In this document: positions 53,076-64,000 of the stretch, piece after piece
Position numbering within the stretch: position 1 is the stretch's first letter
How the letters are laid out: each line of letters begins with the position of its first letter
From: Lytechinus pictus
Taxonomy: Eukaryota
DNA length: 64,000 nucleotides
Assembly: GCF_037042905.1 (NCBI RefSeq)
Contig: NC_087251.1
Coordinates: 434,001-498,000, forward strand
Direction: 5' to 3'
Notes under the pieces: generated by a model
The model's input: the letters and a program-made list of their open reading frames with translations, nothing else
Databases searched by the model: none
Told to the model about the DNA's origin: nothing
Position numbers and translations under genes: made by a program

Positions 53076-53847
53076 AAGAGTGTTTAAATGCAATTTGCCA
53101 CGAATATAAAAAGGAAAGATACATTCTCAAATATATTTTGTAAAGCTATGCTAATCAAGCATGAAGTGTTTACTGAAGCCTACAAATAAAGTTCCTTAAA
53201 TATTACACTTTAACCAGTTCAATTGACATGCATGTCAATATATCACTGGTTAATCCTATGCCTGAGGATGTAGGATACTACATCTCTCATGCACATCACA
53301 AGAAAGGATGCATGTCAAATCGTGCATGTATATCTTTAATCAAAGAATTATTACTAATTAATCACAGACATGCAGTTTTATTGAGTTTTGAGACAATTTG
53401 ATTAGTAATATGACCATTTCATGCACACCAACGAACGTTAAATACAGGGGCATCAAGTTGAGAACAGCATGGAAGTACTATTAGAGACTGAAAAAAGAAT
53501 TGTTTTCTTTGTTTTGATTGTCACTTTCTGCAATTGACATAATGCTACATAACCTAATTTAAAAAAAAAATCAAATTTATGTGTTTTTTTTTGGGGGGGG
53601 TGGGGAGGAGTGGCATGCAATTTCACAATCTCTTTAAACAATGATAACATAAAAAGCTAATAATGCAAAATTACGATTTAAAAAGGACAATCATATTTTA
53701 TAAGAAAATCACTCTTAAAATTACATTTGTATGTTCTAACTTCTACTACTGATATGAACAAAAAAATCATATATTATTAAAAGATCAACCCAAAAACATG
53801 AAAATATGTGACCAACCACCCAAAAACAAAAAATACGTCACCAACAA

Positions 53848-54069
53848 GAGGTGTTGTGGCTCAGTGGATATAGTCTTCGAACCACAAGGTCCAGGGTTCA
53901 AATCCCACCACAGCACTAGCGTCTTTTGGCAAGGCATTTATCTACATTTGCCACTCTCGACCCAGTAGGAAGGAATTCCTTGAATGCTCGATGCATCCGA
54001 TCAGGGTAGCCGTGATAAAGCTGGGGTAATAGTATGAAGTGCTTAGAAACATTTGTATTAAGCGCTATA
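53848..54069 (+). mobile_element. tRNA-derived SINE with L2-like tail, interrupted in the tail by a Tc1/mariner MITE
   Basis: A-box TGGCTCAGTGG, B-box GGTTCAAATCC, core TTGGCAAGGCATTTATCTACATTTGCCACTCTCGACCCAG. Tail AAGCGCTATA resumes as TAAATGC at 55021. Confidence 0.85.
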
Positions 54070-55018
54070 CAGTGCGTATCAAAAAAAAGTTTACACTTTG
54101 AAAAAGCCCTGGGAATTAAAAAATATACAACATGTGGGTAATTTTTTCACATATAATCTTGGGTTTGGGTCTCATCTATCTAATGAAAGTAAAAGTTTTG
54201 ACAGAATGTTACACTTGAGTGGGCACTGTCCATTTTTGTAAAGCTCGCAGAAATCTGTTTGCGCAGAAATGCTCGTTTTCACGCTGTGTCAAGGGGAAAG
54301 GGCGAAATTAAACTTACCCTGCAAAACATTTTTCATACATTTCCCTTGCACTTTTAGTCGATTGAAATAAAACGAATACATTCCAGCATTTTGTAACAAT
54401 TTTGCCACCCAAATTGAAATTTCAACACTTAGTAAGCACAACCTTTACCCTTTTGTGTGCCAGCTGGATCTGAGGACATAACTGAATCTGAACAAAAGTT
54501 TATATCAGACATCTCCAGCATTTTTCGCTAAGTTTGTGTCATTAAAGTGGGTTTACATTTCATTTTTAATTTGATACTTGTTTCCTCCACACTTTTCCCA
54601 AGCTTGACAATGATTAATAAAATGAAAATGAAGCCTAAGCCATTTCATGTAAATCACAGCTCAGTGTAAAGCAAATACCGTCAAGATGGCCTTGGTGTGT
54701 GGGGGAGTGGGGTGGGGCGCAAAGTGTTTTGGGCAAGGAAACAAGTTAAAAAAGGTAAAAGATATCATCAAATCAATTTTACTAGCTAAATTCCACGTGT
54801 TCTTCATGATTAAGGTCTACTTTTATTCGCATAAGTTCTGCGCAAATCATTTTCACTAACTTTTCAAAAGTAAGTGGTGCTCACTCAAGCGGAAATATTT
54901 TTCAACAGTTATATCGTCATTTACTAAAATGGATCTGCACCAATGTTAAAATGTGGAAAAATCTTCAGGATATTACAAATATATAATTTTACAGAATTTT
55001 TTTTTTTGATACGCACTG
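54070..55018. mobile_element. Tc1/mariner non-autonomous element
   Basis: TA|CAGTGCGTATCAAAAAAAA...TTTTTTTTGATACGCACTG|TA. Confidence 0.9.
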
Positions 55019-55033
55019 TATAAATGCACTATA

Positions 55034-57385
55034 CAGTGCGTATAAAAAAAACGGGACAGTTTTGAAGTCTATAAAAAATTTGTTTCAAATTATGATATCT
55101 ATATTTTGATGTTAGTAGATGCTCTGAAATCTTATGTTTGAAATGAAATTTAAAAAAATAAATTTTGTTCATGATTGAGAGAACACGGGACGTTTTTGTC
55201 GGGGGTTCAAAAAGAGGCTTGCGCCAGAATATGAGTAATATGATGATCAGACTTCTTGCTTATCAGCAGACTTCCTCTTAACCTTTTCATTATCTGTACC
55301 ATAATTTTCGAATTATGCTGTCAAACTTAATTTACAAATTTATTTATTTACTTTAATTATTTTTTTTTCAAATAAACCTCTGTTACCTTTGAATTTTCCC
55401 TCATAAGTAAGAAAAGAAGACTTTTTGTCAACTCGAGCAAGAAGATTTGCATTATTAATTGGGAAAACTTGTAATCATTCAAATCCTTTTATTACTAGTA
55501 TCTGAAACAAATTATGTTATGGTACCTTTAAAAGACATGAATCCATTTTTCAAGGGGTGATTGATTCCTTGTCCAAGTTTAATTATATGCTTGACAGGAC
55601 AAAAAGGAAGGGGTTCATGTCTTTCAATGGCAATGGTGTATTGAGTCAATTTTGAAGGAGCTAGATATGGCAGATCGGGAAAAATGTATTAAAAAGTTGT
55701 GAGCGAGCGAAGCAAGCACGCAAAAACCCCCACTTTTTTAATACAATATAACATTTTGTGATAGATTTCAACATAATATTCAGAAAATAATATCATATGT
55801 TACTTTCTATCTTTCCTTTTATTTACTTTCCACTTTTTTTCTTGATCATGATTTTTTTTTATTGAGGGGGGGGGCATCCCCTAGCCCCTGCCCATTGTTC
55901 GAAAGGCACCATAACCTTTGTAGCACACAATGAAAGGATTTGAAAAAAAAATACAAGCTCTCCCATACTTCGGTTGAAAAAAGTTGTTTTTGTTTAAAAA
56001 AGGAATATTCAAAGCTAAAAGAGAAGATATTAAAAAGAAACAACAACAAAACAATTTAAGCAAATAAATAGATTTGAAAATGAATTTTGACCGCATAATT
56101 TGAAGATTGTTGCAAAGATAATGAAAAGGTTAAGAGGAAGTCTGCTGATTAACAAGAAGTCCGACCATCATATTTATCATTTTATGCCATTTTGGCGCAA
56201 GCCTCGTTTTTAACCCCAGAAAAAAACATTCCGTGTTCGCTCAAGCATGAACGAAACTATTTTTTTAATGGCATTTGAAAGATAAGACTTAAGGTGACAG
56301 GTGCCCTAAAAAAAATTTTTTTTAATGATTTTAATTTTTTTGTCTCCTTTGCTAGTTTCATGTGTGTACTTCATCATGCAACTTGTTTTATCTCAATATT
56401 CTACCTCTTTTTTTAAATAAGAGGGGGGTTAAAACATATTTTTTCATAAAATTCTCAAACCGGAAGTAGTATTTTACACACCGGAAGTGATTAAATCTGT
56501 CCCCAAAACCTTTGATACTGCCTTTAAAAAAATCAGAAAATCCCCAGATTTTTTTGGCTGAAGCCCCAGATATTCCATGTAGCAAAGTGGACTACCACCC
56601 TCTGTTGGCCAAATAGGGAGAGCTACTGTATTGCACAATATGGCAGCGACTTCAAGTTACATACACTATGTGACAGACATGGCGCGTTACAAATGTCCGT
56701 TATTATTAGTATTATAGCCCTTTCTTTATCGTGATATTATACAAAATTTCAGTTTTTTAAATGAAAAATGTAATAACTTGAGTTCTAATCATTGGATTTG
56801 CATGAAATTTTGTAGAATTGTGTATCTTGAAGAGTACAACAAAATAATGATAGTTTTTGTGCATGGTACCCCCACAGGTGGAGTTGTGTATAAAAGTCCT
56901 TTCTGAATTTCTCATTATCTGACTGCTTGTTTAATCCATAATTTTTACAATTCTACTATGAATATTTCTTAAAGCCATCATAAATTCATCACAAAGAAGT
57001 CAGAGAATTAAATTAATCCATCAAAACTTAAATTACACTCTATGCTGTGAAGTTATAACCATAGAAAGTTCATATAGAGAAAAATCATGATTTTTAAAGT
57101 CATGACTTTGAATGACCATATTTTGCTTATGCCTAAAGCTAATATGCCACAGTGCAAATTTTTGTGTAGATCAGCTCATAAGCTTTCCAAAAATATATAG
57201 TTTGTTGGGGTACAGGTACTAAGTAAGAATCCTATGCTTGATTATATACCCGTAGTCGTTTCCGCACGGTAATAGGGCACCTGTCACCTTAAGAGCAACT
57301 GTTAACACCAAAATATAGACATCATAATTTGAAACAAAAATTTTATAGACTTTTCAAATCTGTCCCGTTTTTTTTGTACGCACTG
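55034..57385. mobile_element. Tc1/mariner non-autonomous element with long inverted arms, containing Kolobok copy 2
   Basis: TA|CAGTGCGTATAAAAAAAACGGGACAG...CTGTCCCGTTTTTTTTGTACGCACTG|TA. Confidence 0.88.
56293..57288 (+). mobile_element. Kolobok-type non-autonomous element, copy 2
   Basis: TTAA TSD and perfect 16-bp TIR. Near-identical to 29571-30565. Confidence 0.92.
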
Positions 57386-58107
57386 TACATGTATAAATTG
57401 ATCAACAATTACCCTCACAAGTACTTGATCGAATGCAGAAGAAATTCAGAACAAATGAGAAAACAATTTTTGAAGTTCTTGAAGTTCGGGGATCACTCAA
57501 GCATGGCATGTGAACACTGCACGATCTCAATGAACTATCAAGTGTGCAAAAAAACAGTGTCAAAGGAACTCTTGTTTTTCTTTCACCTATTACAACTTCT
57601 AACAGAAGAGGAATTACTATTTCAGATAAGCTGGGGGGATTGTATTTTGAAGATATTTTGATATTTACAGAGAACCTTTCCCAGCAGCTTATATGTTAGT
57701 TTGGAGGTGGCTGGTCACATATTAAGAAGCTTTGAAATCATTTAATTCTTCAAGTTGCAGTCATGTCATACAGATTTGTATTGATCCACTTTGAATATAT
57801 GTGATTATGCAGATTAAACAATTTTTCAAACTCAGTATTAAAGCAGGCTATAACGGAACAAGTGCTGGACAAATAGTTTAATATCAAGAGATCTTTAAGA
57901 ATAATTGTTCTGAGCCATATTAAGTGCATGTAGCAACTTCATTTTTATGTTAAAATATAAAAACCATAAAGTTAGGACGAGAACATGTTAATGAATCAGA
58001 ATGAACAACTAATCATCAAGGTTATGACATACAATCATTATACATTGATTCAAAGATTAAAGGTCAGTTTCCACAACACACTTTGTCTAAGAAGAAACAA
58101 ATTATCT

Positions 58108-61100
58108 ACAAGTGGAATGCCTCTGGCATTACTCTGCATTACGCTATTCAATATAGCAGCAGTGCTGACTTTGAAAATAGCTAATTGAATAATTATTCAC
58201 AAAAGAAAACATTAATATGATAATAAAATACTATGTCTATTGTCTCAATATGAACTTTGACCTTGATCATGTGACTTGTGCAAAATCAATCATTCATGCT
58301 TGATTATCCTTATAATGTTTATTTCATGAATTAGATTGATAAACTTTCAAAGTTATGATGCCAATTCAACAAAGCCAAAGTTCATTGACCTTACATGACC
58401 TTTGATCTCGGTCATGTGACCTAAATGCGGACGGATATTCAGGGATACATGATTGCTCATATGTCCAAGTTTCATGAACTAGATCCATAAACTTTTCAAG
58501 GTATGATGACAAATTCAATACCAAAGTTCATTGACCTTAAATGACATTTGACCTGGTTCATGAGACCTAAGACTTGTGCAAGATGAGCAATGATACTGTC
58601 CACATTTCATTAACTATATCCATAAACTTTCAAAGTTATGATGGCAATTCAAAAATTACCTACAACATGGCCAAAGTTCATTGACCTGACTTAAATGGCC
58701 TTCGACCTTGGTCATGTGACCTGAAACTCGTACATAAGGTTGCAATATTCCCAGGAATTTTTCCTGGAATTTTTCCTGGTGGAAACTTTTCGTGGGAAAA
58801 AACGGGAATTTATTGGAAATTTTGAGAATTTTCTGCAATTTTCTGAAATTTTCAAGAAATGTTGGGAATTTTCAAAAAGAAGCAAGTTTCTTATATTTTT
58901 ATACAAGAATTGAAAGGAGTACCCTGACAGATATTGCTTGATTGTGCTTTGTCAGCAAATTTCAAGCCAAATATTATGCTAAGACAGTGAAAGCAAGGCA
59001 GAATTTCATGTAAAAGTTTATTTACTGTATCAGTGGCTGAATGCGATGGCAGTACATGTACACTGCACATGCTTTTAAAAGGGATATACATTGTTCATGG
59101 AATGCCTATTGGATATTCGGATCTTTTTGCAGATGATGAGAATCACTATTAATAATAATAATAACATTATTGTTGTTATCAGCATTACTATTATTATTTT
59201 ATTATCATTATTTTATTTCTCATTTAATTCTGTATAGCAGAAGTGAGAACTTGGTGCTATTACAGATTGCTGGTTCAAGCTTCAGGCATGAGAATGACTT
59301 TCTTGAAAAATATCTGAAAGGAAATTAAACCTATTGACGGGGTTCCAGGGTTTTAGCATTTAAAGGGGGTATAGGAAGCCATTCTGGAGTACCAATTTGA
59401 TAGAAAAAGGAACCCTTTGTGGAGTACCAATTTGACAGAAAAAGGAAATAAAATTTTTATAAACTATACAATGCAATTTGTACTTTATGAACGCTGTTTG
59501 TGTATAGACCTATACACCACACCTATAGTAAAGTAAACCATATGCTGCTGACATTGAGAGACAATTATGGAACACAAGCATGTACAATGCAGTAGACTAT
59601 TCTGGAAGCTACAGACGTATTTACCCAATCATCTGTTCTTAGCTCCCTGGTTCTAGTTCAGCTTCACCGGGATTGTACAGCTTACGAAATCAATCCCCGG
59701 CAAAATGTTGATCAGAAGTGCCTTCCAAAATTATATGGTCACACCACGACCAGTTCCATCTATTTTTGACGGATTTATCTATCTCTTTCAGGTCCGCTTC
59801 TCCCCCATCGCGATCAACAAACTTCGGTGTGGATGCCGCCATTTTGATACTAGAGACTGAATTAAAGCCACCGCACGATTTTCGCTCGCATCGTTCATGT
59901 CAGTGGTGTGACCGAAGTAGTGCACGGTGCAGTCTCGCGCTCTGTGCGTGTTGCTGCTTGAGCTAGCGTAGCTAGCAACGGATCGATCAGTGCATCCCCC
60001 GCCGGCGCGGCCCGGTAAGGATTGAGCCTCGCGGTGACTCGCTACCCCCAGACCCTACCCCCCAAATATTATATCGAACTCGGCGACCACAGATTTTGAT
60101 GGAAAAAAATTGGAATTCCGATAAAAATCGGACAATTCTCATGCCTGAAGCTTAAAGTGTATTTAAGTTTAATTAACCCTGTTAGAAATAAATATTTTGT
60201 TCATCATTTTCAAAATACTAGATCAAATGAAAGAAAACTAATATGAGATTGTCATTTAATATCACAAAAGATATGAAATTAAAAACAAGTTTCTCAATCT
60301 CAATCAAGGTCAAAGGTCATTTGAGGTCAACAAACTGAGTGTTTGTTTTTTTTATCCCTGGGTGAAAAATTATTCATCTTGATTGTTTTCAAATTCAGCT
60401 ATTGTAATGTTATTTCTTTTCCCCCCCCCTTTTTTTGGGGGGTGGAGGGGGCATCTCTCCAATATGACCAAAGTTCATTGACCATAAATTACCTTTGACC
60501 TTGGTAATGTGTCCTGAAACTCGCACAAGATGTTCAGTGATACTTGATATGTCCAAGTTTTATGAGCTTGATCCATAAACATTAAAAGTTACAATGGAAA
60601 TTCAACAAACACCCCCAACATGCCCAAAGTTCATTGACCCTAAATGACCTTTGACCTTGGTCATGTGACCTAAAATTTTCCCAGGATGTTCAGTGATGCT
60701 TGATTACCCTTATGTTTATTTCATGAATTAGATCCATAAACTTTCAAAGTTATGATGCCAATTCAACAAATACCTCCAGCAGAGCCAAAGTTCATTGACC
60801 TTACATGACCTTTGATCTCAGTCATGTGACTTGAATGCGGACAGATATTCAGGGATACATGATTGCTCTTATGTGTAAGCTTTATTAACTGGGTCCATAT
60901 ACTTTCTTTTATGATGACATTTCAAAAATTTAACCTTAGGTTAAGATTTCAATGATTCACCCAACAAGGTCTAAGATCATTGACTATAAATGACCTTTGA
61001 CCTTGGTCATGTGACCTAAAAAAAGGCAGGATGCTCAGTAATACTTGATTACCCTTATGTCCAAGTTTCATCCACTAAGTCAACATAACTTTCTAAGTTA

Positions 61101-61195
61101 TGTTATTATTTTTAACCTTAGGTTAAGATTTGATGTTGACGCCGCCGCCGTCAAAAAAGCGGTGCTTACAATCTCGCCTCTGCTATGCAGGCAAA
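58108..61195. mobile_element. Older Helentron/HINE-like copy (or two fused copies), interrupted by hAT-like insertions (~58735-60450)
   Basis: Same ACAAGTGGAATGCCTCTGGC start, TGACCTTTGA repeats and degenerate terminal hairpin as 47600-48612. Confidence 0.7.
59283..60147 (-). mobile_element. hAT-like deletion derivative with 6-bp TSD and a transposase N-terminal remnant
   Basis: Perfect 13-bp TIR CAGGCATGAGAAT, AAGCTT on both sides. Minus-strand MAASTPKFVDRDGGEADLKEIDKSVKNRWNWSWCDHIILEGTSDQHFAGD*FRKLYNPGEA from 59842. Confidence 0.85.
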
Positions 61196-62974
61196 CCAAA
61201 AATCAATAAACAATGCCACCTTTTTCTTAATCTGTTCTATACCACAATGCAACTAAGTGCACTTTACATGAGCACACGTGTCTTGCAAAGAATAAGAATA
61301 TTGAAAAACAGATGGAATGCTTCTGGCAGTCTCGCCTGCAGTACAGGATTCGATATAGCAGCAGTGGTGAAAACAAGAAGCCATTTTTTAACATTCACAT
61401 ATCTCTTGCAAATTGTTAGCATTACTGTAAAAGACACTTTATGCAAGAACACAAAACATACATGACACAGTTAGGGTCCTCAACATAAATAGCTTTGCTT
61501 TACAGACATTGAAAAAGAATAGAATCAGAAGAGGAATTGACCTAAACTAAAAATATTCATTAGCTCTCTCACACATGCCACTGATACGATATAACAGGAC
61601 CCTGAGAAACAAACATACACTCAAAACAAATGGAAAGATTACCAAAATTCATGCCCCTCTTGTCTTGTTGAGAATAAGATGGTGTTTTGAAAAGCACTCA
61701 CATCTGTCAGATATGACATTCCTAGCACTTAGCTATCATTTTTCTGGATATTGCATTCCTAATGAGATGGTACTTCTCTTATCCAAGACATATTCTCATT
61801 ACCTTGAAGCATTGGATTGATATTTTTTCAATGTAACTTGCATTTCCCTATAGACACCCCCTCCTCTCTCAAAAGTGTCACGACTCCTTTCTGAACCCCA
61901 TCCTTATCCCCCCCCCCCCCCCCATGGTGGGAGCCAGGTCGGGCTGGAACTCAGAGCCTGGCGAGTTGGAGTGATCTTCTCCAGGCCAAGCAGGTCCCGG
62001 TTCAGAGCCAAAAAAGCAAAGATTGGATGCTGTAAATGTCGTAGAATTTTTTTTCAACAGCTAGATAATGTGAACCTTTTACCTTCATGTATTAGATTCA
62101 TTCCCAAATTTCTAACTTGATCAATCTTGAACCTGGATTTCAGCCACATTGAGCATCTGAATAGCTGTATTTTGGCTTTGATCTTGCCGTCGTTTGAATT
62201 CTTAGAGTTCGCTAAATGAACATAGAATGCAGCAAAATGTTCGTCGAGTTTGCATTTGCCGTATGTAACTGCTATCAACTTCAGCCCATATCAAAACAAG
62301 TATAGCAGCAAACAGCGGAATGAGACTCTTCAGTATGAGAATTTGAACAATGATTTCAAGATCATAGCCAAAATGAAGCTGTTACTGATGCTTGATATGG
62401 TTACAATTCAGATTAAGAATCAATGCTTTAGAAAAAATTTGGAAAAAACTTGAGATGAAATTAGTTTGCTAATATTGTAGGGTGCGAAAGGGCATAAGCA
62501 TGCACAAGGGTTCTTTCAATTATTATTCATCCCCCTTTTTTACAAGGTTTTCTTCTTCTTTTCTTTTCTTTATTGCGCCATGAGCTTCATTTTATGATTG
62601 ATACAGGCGCATTACAAATGTTCACATTATTATTATCACTCTCGGCGCTGCTCCATCTGCAGTGTTGTGATGTGGCTCTAAGTTCCAGTACCCAGAAATT
62701 AATTTTGCTAAATCTTCTAGTCCAGAATCAAGATGGGTATTCCTTCCAGGCCCCAACGTTACCCTCCCCCCACAAAAAAAAGTTGAATAATTGATACAGG
62801 TTTCACAAGACATGATTACATTCCAAATAACACATGTAAAGGGATTAAAAGAGGAGTTGCTCTTTAATTTGAGGAAACAGGATGGATGGATGGGCGGGAA
62901 AAGACACATGCCAGGCTTTTAGTTTTGGGATGCACTTGGACAAAAGTTCTGAAAGGACATAAGATGGGATTTAC

Positions 62975-63193
62975 CAATTGGTAGCTCTATCCTGGACACA
63001 TAGTGGACAGTACCACTGATCTTGGTTAAGTTTTATTAAGGGAGGATCAAGACATTCGCAGTGGTAGACTATGGGGCAGTCATGGCAGAGAATGAGCTGG
63101 CCGGCATGTCCGCACGACCTACACAGCTCATTGTGGTCAAGGTTGATACCATGGAGTCGCCTACGGGCCACACGGTTCATGGCCTCCAGTTTC
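62975..63193 (-). CDS. BAZ1A: Internal exon encoding a PHD finger (DHNELCRSCGHAGQLILCHDCPIVYHCECLDPPLIKLNQDQWYCPLC) of a BAZ1A/ACF1-like gene
   Basis: C4HC3 motif. AAG|G acceptor at 63194, forced by an in-frame TAA just upstream. TG|GTAAAT donor at 62974. 219 nt, phase 2-2, and the phase matches the next exon. Confidence 0.8.
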
Positions 63194-63677
63194 CTTTTAC
63201 ACACAATGAGGAAAAATTACATGGCAAAGCAAGAAAGATTCAGACCACACTACCATCAATATTTCAAATGTAATTTGCTTATTACACCTGAGAAAGAGTT
63301 AAATGACTATTCTATTACTAAAAAAATGGAAAGCAACTTTAATTTAAAAAAAAAAAAGAGCTCTGTATATCTATAAGAATTGAAGTAGCTGGCTCCATCT
63401 AACCCTAATAGACCCGGGTTATTTTTACCCAAATCCCCCCCCCCCCCCAAGATCTCAGCCGCCGATCACACGAGCACCAAGAAAACTTGTGCAGTGGTAG
63501 AGTACAATGTAATCTTCAATGATGTATGGTTAATCTGAAATAAGATTTTTGTATAGCAATCGATCATGCTAATGTAGGCATAAAATAAAGAATTTATTCT
63601 ATTTAATGAAATACGGCCCTAAAACTGCTAATTTTCTATTCAGACACTTTGCAGGATGCTGATCAAAAGTACTAAAT

Positions 63678-64000
63678 AACAAGTGGAACGCCTCTGGCAG
63701 TTTCGCCTGCATTACGCAATTCAATATAGCAGCAGTGCTGACTTTGAAAAACAGCTAATGAATAATTATTCACAGAAGAAAACACTAATATGATAATAAA
63801 ATATTATGTCCATTGACCCAAACTGACCTTTGACCATGATCGTGTGACCTAAGACATGTGCAAAACGATCATTCATACTTGATTACCCTTATGTTGTTGT
63901 TCCTAAGTTATAATGCCAATTCAACACATACTCCCAACACGGCCAGAGTTCATTGACCATTAAATTACCTTTGATCTTGGCCATGTTCCTGAAACACACA
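63678..64000. mobile_element. Helentron/HINE-like element running out of the window
   Basis: AACAAGTGGAACGCCTCTGGCAGTTTCGCCTGCATTACGC start, as at 47600. Confidence 0.8.

Noticed and set aside
52467..53130. Proline-rich extensin-like ORFs
   Set aside because: Translations of (TCCC)n and (ATCC)n microsatellites.
53848..53915. tRNA gene
   Set aside because: The anticodon arm is truncated, and the sequence continues into a SINE core and L2-like tail.
33644..63193. TRIM24/33-, CHD- or BAZ2-type identity for the gene
   Set aside because: The PHD is separated from the terminal bromodomain by a long basic linker, and the bromodomain residues (VSK, KVN, E-KAG--AF) match BAZ1A best. The N-terminal domains are outside the window, so the call is not final.
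63194..63290. Longer PHD exon using the stronger ctcag acceptor at ~63288
   Set aside because: An in-frame TAA lies between that acceptor and the PHD coding sequence.

Overview
Eukaryotic, AT-rich and transposon-dense DNA. The repeat families and poly-G/C runs suggest a sea urchin, probably Lytechinus-like (inference). One protein-coding gene crosses the window on the minus strand: the 3' part of a BAZ1A/ACF1-like chromatin-remodelling subunit. Five exons were reconstructed with compatible splice phases (63193-62975 PHD, 52362-52127 PHD, 34903-34463 K/S/R-rich linker, 33807-33644 and 8872-8579 bromodomain plus stop). They are followed by a TE-poor candidate long 3' UTR containing a 22 x 39-bp array. 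The introns are mostly nested mobile elements: a decayed DIRS tyrosine-recombinase retroelement, hAT-like elements with 5-, 6- and 8-bp TSDs, an 11.8-kb PIF/Harbinger-like element with ~177-bp internal repeats, Kolobok, Tc1/mariner, EnSpm-like and Helentron-like elements, and a tRNA-derived SINE. The most notable observations are (1) a DIRS terminus that resembles the host splice donor it lies next to, (2) TA->TACATGTA excision footprints that can be checked against internal copies, (3) several hAT-like families with 5- or 6-bp TSDs, two retaining transposase N-termini, and (4) additional H3-reader-type PHD exons and an RPF shelf in this BAZ1A. No prokaryote-type system or CRISPR array is present.
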